Positions 51,008-61,537 of a stretch of DNA of 64,000 bases are shown here, one piece after another. The DNA lies in the NCBI GenBank assembly GCA_021801825.1, contig JAJYXK010000007.1, forward strand, positions 24,509 through 88,508. The letters run 5' to 3'. How positions within the stretch are numbered: the stretch's first letter is position 1; each line of letters opens with the position of its first letter. Under the pieces are notes generated by a model. It saw only the letters and a list, made by a program, of their open reading frames with translations. It ran no database searches and was not told the origin of the DNA. Source of the DNA: a bacterium. Lineage in GTDB: Bacteria; Patescibacteriota; Minisyncoccia; UBA6257; JAGOQP01. The position numbers were made by a program, and so were the translations under genes.

Positions 51008-52531
51008 ATGATTACTACTATTATCAGCTCAATCGCTGCCCTCATAGTGGGTGCGGCGTTCGGATACTTAGTGCGACATCTCGTCGTATCTAAGCAGGCT
51101 CAGTCAATTGAGGAGACCATAAAGAAACAATTAGAAGAAAGCCGCATTAATGCAAACAATGTGGTGCTTGAGGCACAAGAAAAGGCATCGGGTATTTTGG
51201 AGGAAATAAAGAGAGAGGAGCGGGAGCGTAAAGCGCAAGCTGATAAAATTGAGGAGCGCTTGTTAAAACGAGAGGAGTCTTTAGAACAGCACGCGGTTGA
51301 TTTAAGAGAGAAAGAAAAACAGATTCAAAATGATTTGCAAAAATTAACCGAAGCAAAAGAATTTGTAACACAAGCAAAGGAACGCATTGGGCAAGAATTA
51401 CAACGAGTTGCGAACCTCTCTATTGAGGATGCGAAAGCGGCATTGTTTAAAGATGTTGAACAAAAGTATCAGCAAGATTTGGTTGAGTATGTGGCAAAAT
51501 TGATGCAACAACGACGAGAAGAAGTTGAGAAAAAAATCATCGGAATTCTGACAACAGTTATGCAACGATATAGTCGTTCGTCAGCGGCAGAATTTACTAC
51601 CACCAGTGTGAATCTTCCCGATGAAGATTTTAAGGGAAAGATTATTGGAAAAGAGGGAAGAAATATTCGTGCGTTAGAACGATTAACGGGTGTTGAGCTT
51701 ATTGTTGATGAAACTCCTGATACTATCGTGATTTCATCGTTCGATCCGGTACGCCGAGAGGTAGCAAAAACATCTTTAGAAAAATTGATAAAAGATGGGC
51801 GTATTCAACCCGCAAAGATTGAGGAGAAAGTGGAGGAAGCAAAGCAGGAGGTAACGAAAAAAATGCAAGAAGCGGCAGAGGCGGCGGCGTATGAAATTGG
51901 TATTTTTGATTTACCAAAAGAAATTATACAAATCTTGGGACGGCTTCATTTTCGTACCAGCTATGGACAAAATGTATTGCGTCACTCGGTAGAGGTTGCG
52001 CTTTTTGCGGGGATGATTGCGGAAGAATTAGGTTTGAATGTGGATGTGGCAAAACGAGGAGCCCTATTGCATGATATTGGAAAAGCGATTGATCATGAGG
52101 TGCAGGGGAGCCACGTGGAGATCGGAAGAAAAATTCTTAAAAAATATAATGTGGATGAGCGCATTATCCAGGCCATGGAGGCTCACCACGATGAATATCC
52201 CTATGCAACCTCTGAGGCATATGTAGTTGCGGCGGCTGATGCTCTTTCTGCGGCACGCCCTGGAGCCCGTCGTGATACTTTAGAAAATTATCTCAAGCGA
52301 TTACAAGAGTTGGAAAATATTGCGGGGCAGTTTGGGGGAGTAAAACAGGCATATGCAATTTCTGCAGGACGAGAATTGCGTATCTTTGTGACACCTGAAA
52401 AAATTGATGATTTTGGGGCGCTAGAGTTGGCGCGCGAGGTAGCTCGTCGCATTGAATCAGAATTAAAATATCCAGGAGAGATTAAGGTTATTGTGGTGCG
52501 AGAAACACGAGCGGTGGAGTATGCCAAGTAA
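51008..52531 (+). CDS. rny: Ribonuclease Y
   Basis: TM plus coiled coil, KH (KGKIIGKEGRNIR), HD (LLHDIGK), SAARPGARR. Confidence 0.97.
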   Translation: MITTIISSIAALIVGAAFGYLVRHLVVSKQAQSIEETIKKQLEESRINANNVVLEAQEKASGILEEIKREERERKAQADKIEERLLKREESLEQHAVDLREKEKQIQNDLQKLTEAKEFVTQAKERIGQELQRVANLSIEDAKAALFKDVEQKYQQDLVEYVAKLMQQRREEVEKKIIGILTTVMQRYSRSSAAEFTTTSVNLPDEDFKGKIIGKEGRNIRALERLTGVELIVDETPDTIVISSFDPVRREVAKTSLEKLIKDGRIQPAKIEEKVEEAKQEVTKKMQEAAEAAAYEIGIFDLPKEIIQILGRLHFRTSYGQNVLRHSVEVALFAGMIAEELGLNVDVAKRGALLHDIGKAIDHEVQGSHVEIGRKILKKYNVDERIIQAMEAHHDEYPYATSEAYVVAAADALSAARPGARRDTLENYLKRLQELENIAGQFGGVKQAYAISAGRELRIFVTPEKIDDFGALELAREVARRIESELKYPGEIKVIVVRETRAVEYAK

Positions 52532-52624
52532 TGAGGGGTAAGTTGATAGGGATTAGGGGATAGTTATGAAAATCCAAAACCCGCTATATGGCGGGTTTTG
52601 GATTGTAGCTTATTAATACTTAAT

Positions 52625-52718
52625 ATCCCGACGTAAAGCTCCGACGTTTCAGTCGGAGAGCCGACTCATTACGTCCTGGCTTCGGGACCCCGACCTCTTT
52701 GTAAAAAGAGCGTCGGGG
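52625..52718. repeat. CCGAC/GTCGG-rich REP-like palindromic element
   Basis: ATCCCGAC..CTCCGAC-GTTTCA-GTCGGAG..CGGGACCCCGAC..GCGTCGGGG. Confidence 0.7.
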
Positions 52719-52733
52719 CTTTATACTATTTCT

Positions 52734-53360
52734 ATGATTTATTCGGTTCTCGCATTTATTGCTAATATTATTATAGTAATCATTAGTAAAACGGGATATC
52801 TCGGTATCGGAATATTAATGGCAATTGATAGTTGTAATATTCCTATTCCATCCGAAGTCACCATGCCATTTGCTGGATTCTTGGCACAAAATGGAACTCT
52901 TTCTCTATGGGTGATTATTCTTGCGGGAACTATAGGAAGCGTTATTGGCTCTATTGTTTCTTATTACATTGCGAATTGGATAATTTCTCACCGAACAAAA
53001 AACAAAGTCCTACATAAAATTTTTTCAGATCATTCTGTCGCTACTGCAGAGCGATGGTTCCAAAAATATGGAAACGCTTCGGTATTTTTCGGGCGCATGG
53101 TCCCCGTGGTGCGTACCTTTATTTCACTTCCGGCAGGGGTCGCGCGAATGAAGCTTTCTTCATTTGTATGGTTTACGGCCGCGGGGTCATTAGTGTGGTC
53201 TTTCATTCTTGCATACGGAGGATATGTACTAGGGGAACAATGGCAACATATTGAAAACTACACACGTCAATTTGAATATATAATATTAGCCGCAGTGATT
53301 GTTATAGGGGCAATTTTTCTTATAAAAAGGAGTAGAATAAAAACAAAAAATTCTGCATAG
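52734..53360 (+). CDS. DedA family membrane protein
   Basis: IPIPSE..MPFAG, FFGRMVPVVRTFISLPAG. Confidence 0.93.
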   Translation: MIYSVLAFIANIIIVIISKTGYLGIGILMAIDSCNIPIPSEVTMPFAGFLAQNGTLSLWVIILAGTIGSVIGSIVSYYIANWIISHRTKNKVLHKIFSDHSVATAERWFQKYGNASVFFGRMVPVVRTFISLPAGVARMKLSSFVWFTAAGSLVWSFILAYGGYVLGEQWQHIENYTRQFEYIILAAVIVIGAIFLIKRSRIKTKNSA

Positions 53361-53385
53361 TTTTTTGATGTGATATACTTTTAGT

Positions 53386-54117
53386 ATGAAAAATCCATGT
53401 ATTGTGTGTAATTGGAAAATGAATCCCGCTTCTCAAAAAGAGGCCGCTGCGCTTGCTCGAGAAATAACGCGTGCGGCAAAATCAAAAAAAGGCGAGGTTA
53501 TTATTGCTCCACCAGCAATCTACCTATCGACCGTTAAGAATGAACACACCCATGTTGCATTACAAGATGTGTCGGAATACGCCAAAGGGGCTCACACCGG
53601 ATCAATTTCTGCATCTATGGCAAAGAATATGGGGGCCTCGTATGTTATTGTGGGTCATTCCGAGAGACGGAGAGAACAACACGAAACAAATGAACAGATA
53701 GCACAAAAGATTGAACGCGCGTATGAAGCAAAATTAACTCCCATTATATGTGTGGGAGAATTAAAAAAAGAAACCCCTGAGCGTGCGTGGGGGAAAATAA
53801 AAAAGCAATTAGATGAAATTATCCCATCCCTTAAAAAGGGAAAAGGGGTTATTGCGTATGAACCTGTGTGGGCGATTGGAGGTGATAAAAAAACTGATAG
53901 CGCCTACGCGCAGGCAATGATGTATCGCATTAAATTATATATACGGATGCAGGCGCAACTTATAACGCCAATTCTTTATGGAGGAAGTGTCAATTGTAAA
54001 AACATAGAAGATTTCTTAGAATATAAAGACAGCATAGACGGATTTCTTGTCGGATCCGCTAGTGCGCAAAAAAAAGAAATAACAACATTAATAAAAAAAA
54101 TTTATGGATCTTATTAA
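53386..54117 (+). CDS. tpiA: Triosephosphate isomerase
   Basis: NWKMN, GHSERR, AYEPVWAIG, LYGGSV. Confidence 0.96.
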   Translation: MKNPCIVCNWKMNPASQKEAAALAREITRAAKSKKGEVIIAPPAIYLSTVKNEHTHVALQDVSEYAKGAHTGSISASMAKNMGASYVIVGHSERRREQHETNEQIAQKIERAYEAKLTPIICVGELKKETPERAWGKIKKQLDEIIPSLKKGKGVIAYEPVWAIGGDKKTDSAYAQAMMYRIKLYIRMQAQLITPILYGGSVNCKNIEDFLEYKDSIDGFLVGSASAQKKEITTLIKKIYGSY

Positions 54118-54943
54118 AGAAAAGAAAGCTCTCTTAGGAGCATTAACTGGATTGGCAGGAGTCGCCATTGTGGTATTGTTGTACATAATGTTCTGGGGAG
54201 TGTTAGAACCGCAAGAACAGTTTCCGGCGCGTAATATCTCGGTATCAGCGACGGGTAAAGCGGTTGCTAAACCAGATATTGCTGTGACTTCGTTTTCGGT
54301 AGTTTCAGAGGGGACGGACATAAAAGCAATTTCTGATCAGAATAACGAGACGATTGGTAAGGCGGTATCTTTTTTGAAAGAAAAAGGAATTGATGAAAAA
54401 GATATACAAACCGTAGAGTACAATTTATCTCCCGTGTATTCTCAAAAGACATACGCGCCATCAGCAATCTTATCTACTCCGTCGGTAAATATGCGTACGC
54501 AACCAGTTAGTGCTCCTGTTATAGAAACGACTACTGCTCCGACCATTGTAAAATATTCTCTGACGCAGACGGTCCGTGTAAAAATTCGTGATTTTACTAA
54601 AACATCAGAAATTATTGGTGCCCTTGCTCCTATGGGAATCAATAAAGTAAGTCAAATTTCGTTTGGTATTGATGATCCTGAGGTATATAGGGCACAAGCG
54701 CGCGCGGAGGCTATAGAAAAAGCAAAAGCGAAAGCTCAGGTAATGGCACAGCAACTTGGCGTATCTCTTGGTCATTTGGTAAGTATTTCAGAATATGCGC
54801 AGGATAGTGGTTATCAACCAATGATGTCTGCGGTAAAAAGCATGGGGGGATATAGCGAAATAGCGGCTCCGGTGGCCCCCTCTATTGAAGCAGGAAGTCA
54901 AGAGGTTGTGGTAAACGCAAATATCACTTACGAAATTAAATAG
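54104..54943 (+). CDS. SIMPL (DUF541) domain protein
   Basis: ISVSATG....KPDIA, AR..A...A..KA..MA..LG..LG, I.AG.QEV. Confidence 0.88.
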   Translation: MDLIKEKKALLGALTGLAGVAIVVLLYIMFWGVLEPQEQFPARNISVSATGKAVAKPDIAVTSFSVVSEGTDIKAISDQNNETIGKAVSFLKEKGIDEKDIQTVEYNLSPVYSQKTYAPSAILSTPSVNMRTQPVSAPVIETTTAPTIVKYSLTQTVRVKIRDFTKTSEIIGALAPMGINKVSQISFGIDDPEVYRAQARAEAIEKAKAKAQVMAQQLGVSLGHLVSISEYAQDSGYQPMMSAVKSMGGYSEIAAPVAPSIEAGSQEVVVNANITYEIK

Positions 54944-54955
54944 TTTTGTCATTAT

Positions 54956-55192
54956 ATGAATCTGTCACGCAAAAAGAGACGATGGGTTTCTATTGGAGTC
55001 GGTGTTATTGGATTAGTTACTATTGTGGGATTATCTGATTTGCTCTTTCTTATTCCAAGAGAAGAAACGATCCCAACGCCAACGATTGAGTCTGAGGTGG
55101 TTACCACCACCCCTAATGAGATAAACGTTCCTCTTACTATTCCGACAACCACTACCTCAACCCAAAAAACGGAGAATGAGTTTAAGTTATAG
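54956..55192 (+). CDS. Small membrane protein with Thr-rich tail
   Basis: TM followed by a Thr/Pro tail. Confidence 0.55.
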   Translation: MNLSRKKRRWVSIGVGVIGLVTIVGLSDLLFLIPREETIPTPTIESEVVTTTPNEINVPLTIPTTTTSTQKTENEFKL

Positions 55193-55480
55193 ATATAAGG
55201 TGACCCCGATAGTAGAAGCGAGCGCATTTCATGTATAACCGCTTCGCGGCAAGCTTGCTTCACTACGGGGTTCAAGTGCGTATGTCTAAAACATACGCAC
55301 TTGACTTTTGAAAAAATAGGAGTATAATGCAAATATTGAGTGAGTTGATTTTGCCCATATTATTATAGGGGACAAAATTACCTCTTTTTCTCCGCCACCC
55401 AGCAATGGGTGGCGGAGTTTTTATTTGCATGTTGATTAATTTTATGGTATAAAAATTGTAGAACATTTTTGGAGTCAAAC

Positions 55481-55615
55481 ATGAAAACGACTATAAAATA
55501 TAACGAACCAAGATGGGTCAGATTTTTAGGGAACCATCCGCTCTCTCTTCTGATTCCGATTACGGTAATTCCCACTGTTATTTATGTTGTTATAGGGTTT
55601 TCGGCGGCCCTATAG
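55481..55615 (+). CDS. Small 44-aa single-TM protein (below ORF-track cutoff)
   Basis: MKTTIKYNEPRWVRFLGNHPLSLLIPITVIPTVIYVVIGFSAAL; GGAG SD; downstream CCTCCC..GGGAGG-T run terminator. Confidence 0.55.
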   Translation: MKTTIKYNEPRWVRFLGNHPLSLLIPITVIPTVIYVVIGFSAAL

Positions 55616-55719
55616 CACAGACCCCCTCCTCCCTTGATCCGCGTGTTTCTTGCGGAAGCGGGGAGGCTTTTTATTATAGTTGCTATTTATGGTGGGGGAT
55701 TTATACTCATAACATCTGT

Positions 55720-56625
55720 ATGCCAAAGAAAAAAAATATTGAAATATCCAAAGGAGCAGTTTTATACGGATATGATGAAATTGTTCAATCTTTAAAAAAA
55801 CTCGCAGATGATAGGCGGCTTTCTCATACCTATATTTTTTTTGGAGAACCGCAGGTTGGCAAATTTTTGTGCGCAAAAACACTCGCTAACTATCTTGAAA
55901 AAGGAGTGTGGGTGGAACCAGTGCATACACTACAAGAAACGCTTATAGTTGACATGACGCAACAAGAGGATGATTCTGAAGAGTCGGCGGAGAGTATTGG
56001 TATCGCAACCGCTCGTCGCGTAGCTTATTTTTTACATCAACAACCGGCCCTTTCTCCTTATAGAGTGGTTATTATTCGTGATGGGGAATGGCTTACTGAT
56101 CAAGCCCAGAACGCATTATTAAAAACACTTGAAGAGCCTCCGGAGCATAGTGTGATTATTCTTATTGCTACTGATAGCAGCGCATTTTTGCCCGCAGTTG
56201 CCTCTCGGGCGCAAAAAATCTACTTCAAAACGCTCTCAAATGAACAGATGCTTGACTTTTGCGATAGGAGTGGTATAATAAAAGACACAAACTTAGTACA
56301 AAAGTCTTTTGGAAGAATAGGTCGTTTACAGTCTCTTTTGGAGCCACAAAAAAACAGCGAAGTTATTGATCGCTTGGTGCGAGACATATGCACTCCCCAA
56401 ACATCGGATATGGCGCGAGAAAAATTGGTTGATGCGATTATCGCATTTGATCAAAAAAATCCTCATAACCTACCGGCGTTACAAGAGGCGCTTATGATGG
56501 AATTCTATACTCAGAAAAAATATTATTATGCTCTCAAAGAGATACTACAACTTATTACCAACACACAGACTTTGACGCTAAGTAAGCGAATTCATCTAAA
56601 AAAACTACTATGTCTGATAAATTAA
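55720..56625 (+). CDS. holB: DNA polymerase III delta' subunit
   Basis: SHTYIFFG..QVGK, AQNALLKTLEEPP, LPAVASR; true start probably ATG 55720. Confidence 0.88.
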   Translation: MPKKKNIEISKGAVLYGYDEIVQSLKKLADDRRLSHTYIFFGEPQVGKFLCAKTLANYLEKGVWVEPVHTLQETLIVDMTQQEDDSEESAESIGIATARRVAYFLHQQPALSPYRVVIIRDGEWLTDQAQNALLKTLEEPPEHSVIILIATDSSAFLPAVASRAQKIYFKTLSNEQMLDFCDRSGIIKDTNLVQKSFGRIGRLQSLLEPQKNSEVIDRLVRDICTPQTSDMAREKLVDAIIAFDQKNPHNLPALQEALMMEFYTQKKYYYALKEILQLITNTQTLTLSKRIHLKKLLCLIN

Positions 56626-57722
56626 TTTTTACTTTAATGTTGGGTATCTCCGTTATAGGCGCATACATAGGTATATCGGGAGTATCAAGCGCGTTGGGTG
56701 CTTCATTTGATGTGGGTGATTTAGCCCCCTCACTTTCTTCAGGGGCTTCTATTGGAGCGGGGAGTGGATTTCTTGCTTCTGCGGCGTCAGTTATTGGTGG
56801 AGCTTCTTCACATGAAGCAAGCCACTTTCTTATTTCATTTGATTCATTGAAAAATGTACACCAAGCAACCATCAGCGCTCAAGAAGGAGGATTAAGAATA
56901 TATGATGTTGATGTTGCTACACACACAGCTCCTGAAACTATAATTATTTCCACCAACAAGGGATTATATTACAGCAATAACACTGGTCTTACCTGGCACA
57001 TAGTTACTTCTGCAAAAGGAGAAATAAATGAAAATAGTGTTATCTTGCGAGTTATTCCTGCGGAAAATAATGCGTATATAGTGTCGGTGTTTCAAAATGG
57101 GATCGGATCGGTGTATTACACGCAAGACATGTTTAAAACGATGAAACGTTTGGTTTATTTCACTGACGAGGGAGTATATGACATGGCCTTGTATGGAAAT
57201 ACTCTTTATTTAGGTATGTCAAATGGACAATTGATTCAATATGACAGAACAAAAGAAACGTTTACGGTGGTACGCACGTTTCCTTCTCCCGTAGTACGAT
57301 TTTATGATAACGGAGACGGATTCTTTTATGCATTTTTGAAATCAGGAACTCTTATGCAGGCAGTTGGTCCCATGGGAGACTTTGGTAAAATTAAAGTAGG
57401 TGGAGGATGGTTTTCTTCGGGAACTATTAGAAATGTTGGATTTGCTTCATCGGGCGATATGTACGTGTTAGGAAAAGATGGGGTGTATAAAAGTGAAAAT
57501 TATGGAGTAACGTTTGATTTGATAGATAATATTCCATTACTTAAAAAACAAATTGACGCGCTCGCGGTTTTGGGAAACACCGTATATGTCATATCCGACG
57601 GACGCATGTATGTAAGCTCAGACAGTGGTAAGAGTTGGAAACTGCAAGACAACATTCCGCTTGATTTTATAGTAAATCAATTCTACTTCTTAGGAGGAGG
57701 ACGAGTGATATTGAGTGAATAG
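56610..57722 (+). CDS. Secreted BNR/beta-propeller-like protein
   Basis: Asp-box-like YSNNTGLTW, KSENYGVTF, SSDSGKSW. Confidence 0.7.
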   Translation: MSDKLIFTLMLGISVIGAYIGISGVSSALGASFDVGDLAPSLSSGASIGAGSGFLASAASVIGGASSHEASHFLISFDSLKNVHQATISAQEGGLRIYDVDVATHTAPETIIISTNKGLYYSNNTGLTWHIVTSAKGEINENSVILRVIPAENNAYIVSVFQNGIGSVYYTQDMFKTMKRLVYFTDEGVYDMALYGNTLYLGMSNGQLIQYDRTKETFTVVRTFPSPVVRFYDNGDGFFYAFLKSGTLMQAVGPMGDFGKIKVGGGWFSSGTIRNVGFASSGDMYVLGKDGVYKSENYGVTFDLIDNIPLLKKQIDALAVLGNTVYVISDGRMYVSSDSGKSWKLQDNIPLDFIVNQFYFLGGGRVILSE

Positions 57723-57819
57723 GGCCTAGTGTTTAGTGACTAGTAGGGTGTAAGGACTTTGTTGTCAAAAATAGTTTACACTAGTATAATATAACTAATT
57801 TTAATTAATAAAAATTATT

Positions 57820-58455
57820 ATGAATAATTTCGAAAAGTTAGGGAAAACCACGGATACGATAGAAAGAAATCAAGAAGCCAAACTCAGAGAGTTTAAGGAA
57901 AAAGAACTTCCACAATTAAGAGAGAGAGCTCGGGAAATTGCCCAAAAGTTAGGAAGAGATGTTATAAAAAAAGCTTATGGGTTTCCCGAATCATACAGTG
58001 ATGAGCGAATAGATGGAATGATCAATAAAGAAATTACAAATTGGGCCCTAACATCTTTAGCGTTCGCAGAAAAGATGAAAGATGTTGAGATTACCGATGA
58101 AATGTGTAATAGAGAGAATTTTAATAGTGAACTTTACGAAGGAATATTTGATGGGGTTGACGAAGAAGAGCGTTATGACAAATATCTTGGTCTTTTAAAT
58201 CCTGATTCTATACAAAAACTGACAGAAAAAATACTTCCAGAATTAATTAAAAGTCATACTTACGGGTATAGTAATAAAGAGGGTAAGATAAAGAAGGGGG
58301 ATGACAATACTTTTTGTAATATGAGGATATTTGAATTAAAATTCGGAAAGAATGGAACTATGTTTTTTGAGGGAGAATATTATGATACTGATGGAGCTAC
58401 TTATGATGAAAGTCATGGGGAAAGTTGTCATATTGAGATAGAAAAAGTTGATTAG
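57820..58455 (+). CDS. Hypothetical protein
   Basis: 211-aa ORF followed by terminator AAATCCGCCC-AA-GGGCGGATTTT. Confidence 0.7.
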   Translation: MNNFEKLGKTTDTIERNQEAKLREFKEKELPQLRERAREIAQKLGRDVIKKAYGFPESYSDERIDGMINKEITNWALTSLAFAEKMKDVEITDEMCNRENFNSELYEGIFDGVDEEERYDKYLGLLNPDSIQKLTEKILPELIKSHTYGYSNKEGKIKKGDDNTFCNMRIFELKFGKNGTMFFEGEYYDTDGATYDESHGESCHIEIEKVD

Positions 58456-58541
58456 TTAAATTGTGAATAAAATATTAAAATCCGCCCAAGGGCGGATTTT
58501 TAGTAATTGGAAATTGGGGTTTTTTTTGCTACACTAATCAA

Positions 58542-59087
58542 ATGGATATACAAAAAGAATTTAGTCAAAAATTGGCTGATATACTGAAATTTTTTAAAGA
58601 TGAGGCATCTGCTATACGCGGATCTCGTCCTACTCCAGCACTTATAGAGGATATTCAGGTGGAATATTACGGGCAGAACGTTCCTATCAAACAATTGGGT
58701 TCCATTTCTATTATACCTCCGCGAGAAATACAGGTGATAGTATGGGATATGTCAGTAGTTGGAGCGCTCGCAAAAACAGTCGCGGAAAAATTGAATGTAA
58801 ATCCCGCTAACGACGGAACCACCATTCATATTAATCTTCCTTCCTTAACTGACGAACGCCGCGCAGATCTCATACGAATTATCAAAGGAAAAGCAGAGGA
58901 GGCGCGAATAAAATCACGAGCTGCTCGTGATGACGCCAAGAAAGTTATTACCACGCAAGAAAAAGAGGGGACCATCACCGAAGATGATAGATTTGGTATT
59001 CAAGAAGAAATTCAGAAATCATTAGACATATTTAACAAAGAAGTAGATGCTCTGGTTGAGAAAAAAATGACGGAAATTAATGAATAA
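58542..59087 (+). CDS. frr: Ribosome recycling factor
   Basis: IRGSRPTPALIE.I.VEYYG, LT.ERR, ITEDD. Confidence 0.93.
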   Translation: MDIQKEFSQKLADILKFFKDEASAIRGSRPTPALIEDIQVEYYGQNVPIKQLGSISIIPPREIQVIVWDMSVVGALAKTVAEKLNVNPANDGTTIHINLPSLTDERRADLIRIIKGKAEEARIKSRAARDDAKKVITTQEKEGTITEDDRFGIQEEIQKSLDIFNKEVDALVEKKMTEINE

Positions 59088-59167
59088 TTCATTCTAGGTT
59101 ATAAGGCTGCCAAAAGCGCAGAGATATACACTTTATAACTTTATACTTTCAACTTTATAACTATTAT

Positions 59168-60217
59168 ATGTTGCTTACAATTGTTGTTTTTATAATAATG
59201 CTAGCCGTTTTAGTGGTGGCACATGAGTTTGGGCATTTTTTTACTGCCAAAAAATTTGGAATGTATGTAGAGGAATTTGCAGTCGGATTTCCCCCTCGCG
59301 TTTTTTCGTGGATACGAAAAGGAACACGAATAAGCATAAACGCCATTCCCTTGGGGGGATATGTTAAAATTCCCGGAGAAAATGGAGAAGAAGATCTTAC
59401 CGAAGAAGAGAAGAGTGTTATTTCTCAAGAGCAGTTATTTTCTCGTAAAAGCGCGTGGAAACGAATTGTAGTTCTTTGTGCCGGAGTGGGAATGAATATT
59501 ATGGTGGGATGGTTGCTTCTCGTGCCGGTTTTTATGCACGGTATCAATCCAGAAGTAGTAGTCATCTCGGTATCAAAAAATTCCCCCGCGTTTAATTCAG
59601 GGATAGAAATAGGAGATGTTATAAAAGGATTTTCTACGGTAGAAACGTTTGTGCAAACGATGCGGGATAGTGCAGGAAAAGAAACGAATATTACTATTGA
59701 GCACAATGGTGTTGTAAAAACAATCTCTACCATTCCACGAACCAATCCTCCCGCGGGAGAAGGAGCGCTAGGGGTTGCTCTTTCTGAGTCGGGGGTTCCC
59801 GCATTTTCATTTTTTGATGCGTTACAGCAATCAGCTTTATTTGCCATTAAAATATTTAGCGCAATCTTTGTATTATTGTTTAAATTATTAGGAGCTCTGT
59901 TTGGATTTATTCCGGGCGATTTATTACAATCACTCACCGGACCTGTGGGGGTATTTCAGGCAACCGCGCAAGCATCGGCGATGGGGTGGGTGCATATATT
60001 TTATTTGGCAGCCATGATATCGCTGAATTTGGCGGCAGTAAACATTTTCCCGTTTCCTGCGCTTGATGGAGGGAGAGTTTTGATGGTTATTATAGAAAAA
60101 ATAAAACGATCCCCGGTGTCTTCAAAGGCGCAATCAATAACGAATACCGTTGGATTTTTACTTCTTATCTGTTTATTATTATTTATAAGTGTACGCGATG
60201 TAATACGGATATGGTAA
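59168..60217 (+). CDS. rseP: RIP metalloprotease RseP (M50)
   Basis: HEFGH, IPLGGYVKI, NIFPFPALDGGR, PDZ-like middle. Confidence 0.93.
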   Translation: MLLTIVVFIIMLAVLVVAHEFGHFFTAKKFGMYVEEFAVGFPPRVFSWIRKGTRISINAIPLGGYVKIPGENGEEDLTEEEKSVISQEQLFSRKSAWKRIVVLCAGVGMNIMVGWLLLVPVFMHGINPEVVVISVSKNSPAFNSGIEIGDVIKGFSTVETFVQTMRDSAGKETNITIEHNGVVKTISTIPRTNPPAGEGALGVALSESGVPAFSFFDALQQSALFAIKIFSAIFVLLFKLLGALFGFIPGDLLQSLTGPVGVFQATAQASAMGWVHIFYLAAMISLNLAAVNIFPFPALDGGRVLMVIIEKIKRSPVSSKAQSITNTVGFLLLICLLLFISVRDVIRIW

Positions 60218-60274
60218 GTGAAATTAATCATTCAATAGAAATTAGTAATTAGAAATTAGACATTATTCAAATTC

Positions 60275-61522
60275 ATGCTTCAATCTCAGTATCCATATTT
60301 TGCCCGCAAGGAGGCGCCGAAAGACGAAGAATCATATAATGCTCAAATTTTGATTCGCGCAGGATTTATTGAAAAAATTATGGCGGGAGTGTATGCGTTT
60401 TTGCCGCTGGGGTTACGAGTTTTGCGGAATATAGAACGCATTGTTCGCGAAGAAATGGACGCGGCGGGCGCGCACGAGGTATTACTTCCGGTCCTTAGTC
60501 CAAAAGAAAATTGGCAAAAAACAGGGCGATGGGAATCACTTGATGTATTGTTTAAATTAATTTCTCGGGAGAAAAAAGAATATGCGCTGGGACCCACGCA
60601 TGAAGAAATTATTGTTCCTGTGGGTCAAAAGGCAATTTTTTCATATCGCGATTTGCCGTTTGGGTTGTATCAGATTCAGACGAAATTCCGTGATGAGCCT
60701 CGCGCAAAATCAGGATTGCTCCGTGGTCGCGAATTTTTAATGAAAGATTTATATTCATTTCACACCAGCGTGGAAGATTTGGAGGTATACTATAAAAATA
60801 TGCTTGCGGTTTATAAGAAGATATTCTCTCGTTTAGGATTAGAAGCGTTACAAGTGGAAGCATCGGGAGGCACATTTTCAAAATATTCCCATGAATTTCA
60901 AGTGTTAACTCCAAATGGAGAAGATACTATTATCCATTGTTCTGCGTGTGGATTTGCTCAAAATAGAGAGATAAATACGCAACAAGAGGGCGATGCATGC
61001 CCTACCTGTGGTACACCAGTGCATATTTCTGCGGGGAGTGAGGTGGGAAACATATTTCAACTAAAAACAAAATATTCTACTCCATTCGGATTATCTTACA
61101 CTGATGCGCAGGGTGTAACGCAAGAAGTGCAGATGGGATGTTATGGTATTGGTATCTCACGACTCATGGGGATATTAGCAGAAGTGTACCATGATGATAA
61201 AGGATTGTTGTGGCCCAAATCCGTGGCTCCATTTCACGCGCACCTTTTAGCGTTATTAGGTCAAGACGAAGAACAGAATAACGCGATACGTAGCCAATCA
61301 ATGCGTGTATATGAATTCTTAAAATCAAAAGGAATTGAGATTATTTTTGATGATCGTGCGAATGTTTCGGCGGGACAGAAATTTGCGGAAAGCGATCTTG
61401 TGGGAATTCCAGTCCGTCTTGTGGTAAGTCAGAAAACGGGCGATAAAGTTGAGATAAAACGTCGCGGCGACGAGAAAAGTGTCTTAGTTGACCTTTCAGA
61501 TATTATGCCGTATGTTTCATAA
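60275..61522 (+). CDS. proS: Proline--tRNA ligase (no INS editing domain)
   Basis: LGPTHEE, QIQTKFRDEPR..GLLRGREF.MKD.YSF, MGCYGIGISR. Confidence 0.95.
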   Translation: MLQSQYPYFARKEAPKDEESYNAQILIRAGFIEKIMAGVYAFLPLGLRVLRNIERIVREEMDAAGAHEVLLPVLSPKENWQKTGRWESLDVLFKLISREKKEYALGPTHEEIIVPVGQKAIFSYRDLPFGLYQIQTKFRDEPRAKSGLLRGREFLMKDLYSFHTSVEDLEVYYKNMLAVYKKIFSRLGLEALQVEASGGTFSKYSHEFQVLTPNGEDTIIHCSACGFAQNREINTQQEGDACPTCGTPVHISAGSEVGNIFQLKTKYSTPFGLSYTDAQGVTQEVQMGCYGIGISRLMGILAEVYHDDKGLLWPKSVAPFHAHLLALLGQDEEQNNAIRSQSMRVYEFLKSKGIEIIFDDRANVSAGQKFAESDLVGIPVRLVVSQKTGDKVEIKRRGDEKSVLVDLSDIMPYVS

Positions 61523-61537
61523 CAAGCTATTTTTACC

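Noticed and set aside
55513-55719. N-terminal extension of HolB in the ORF track
   Set aside because: It overlaps a better small ORF and its terminator; HolB similarity starts near ATG 55720
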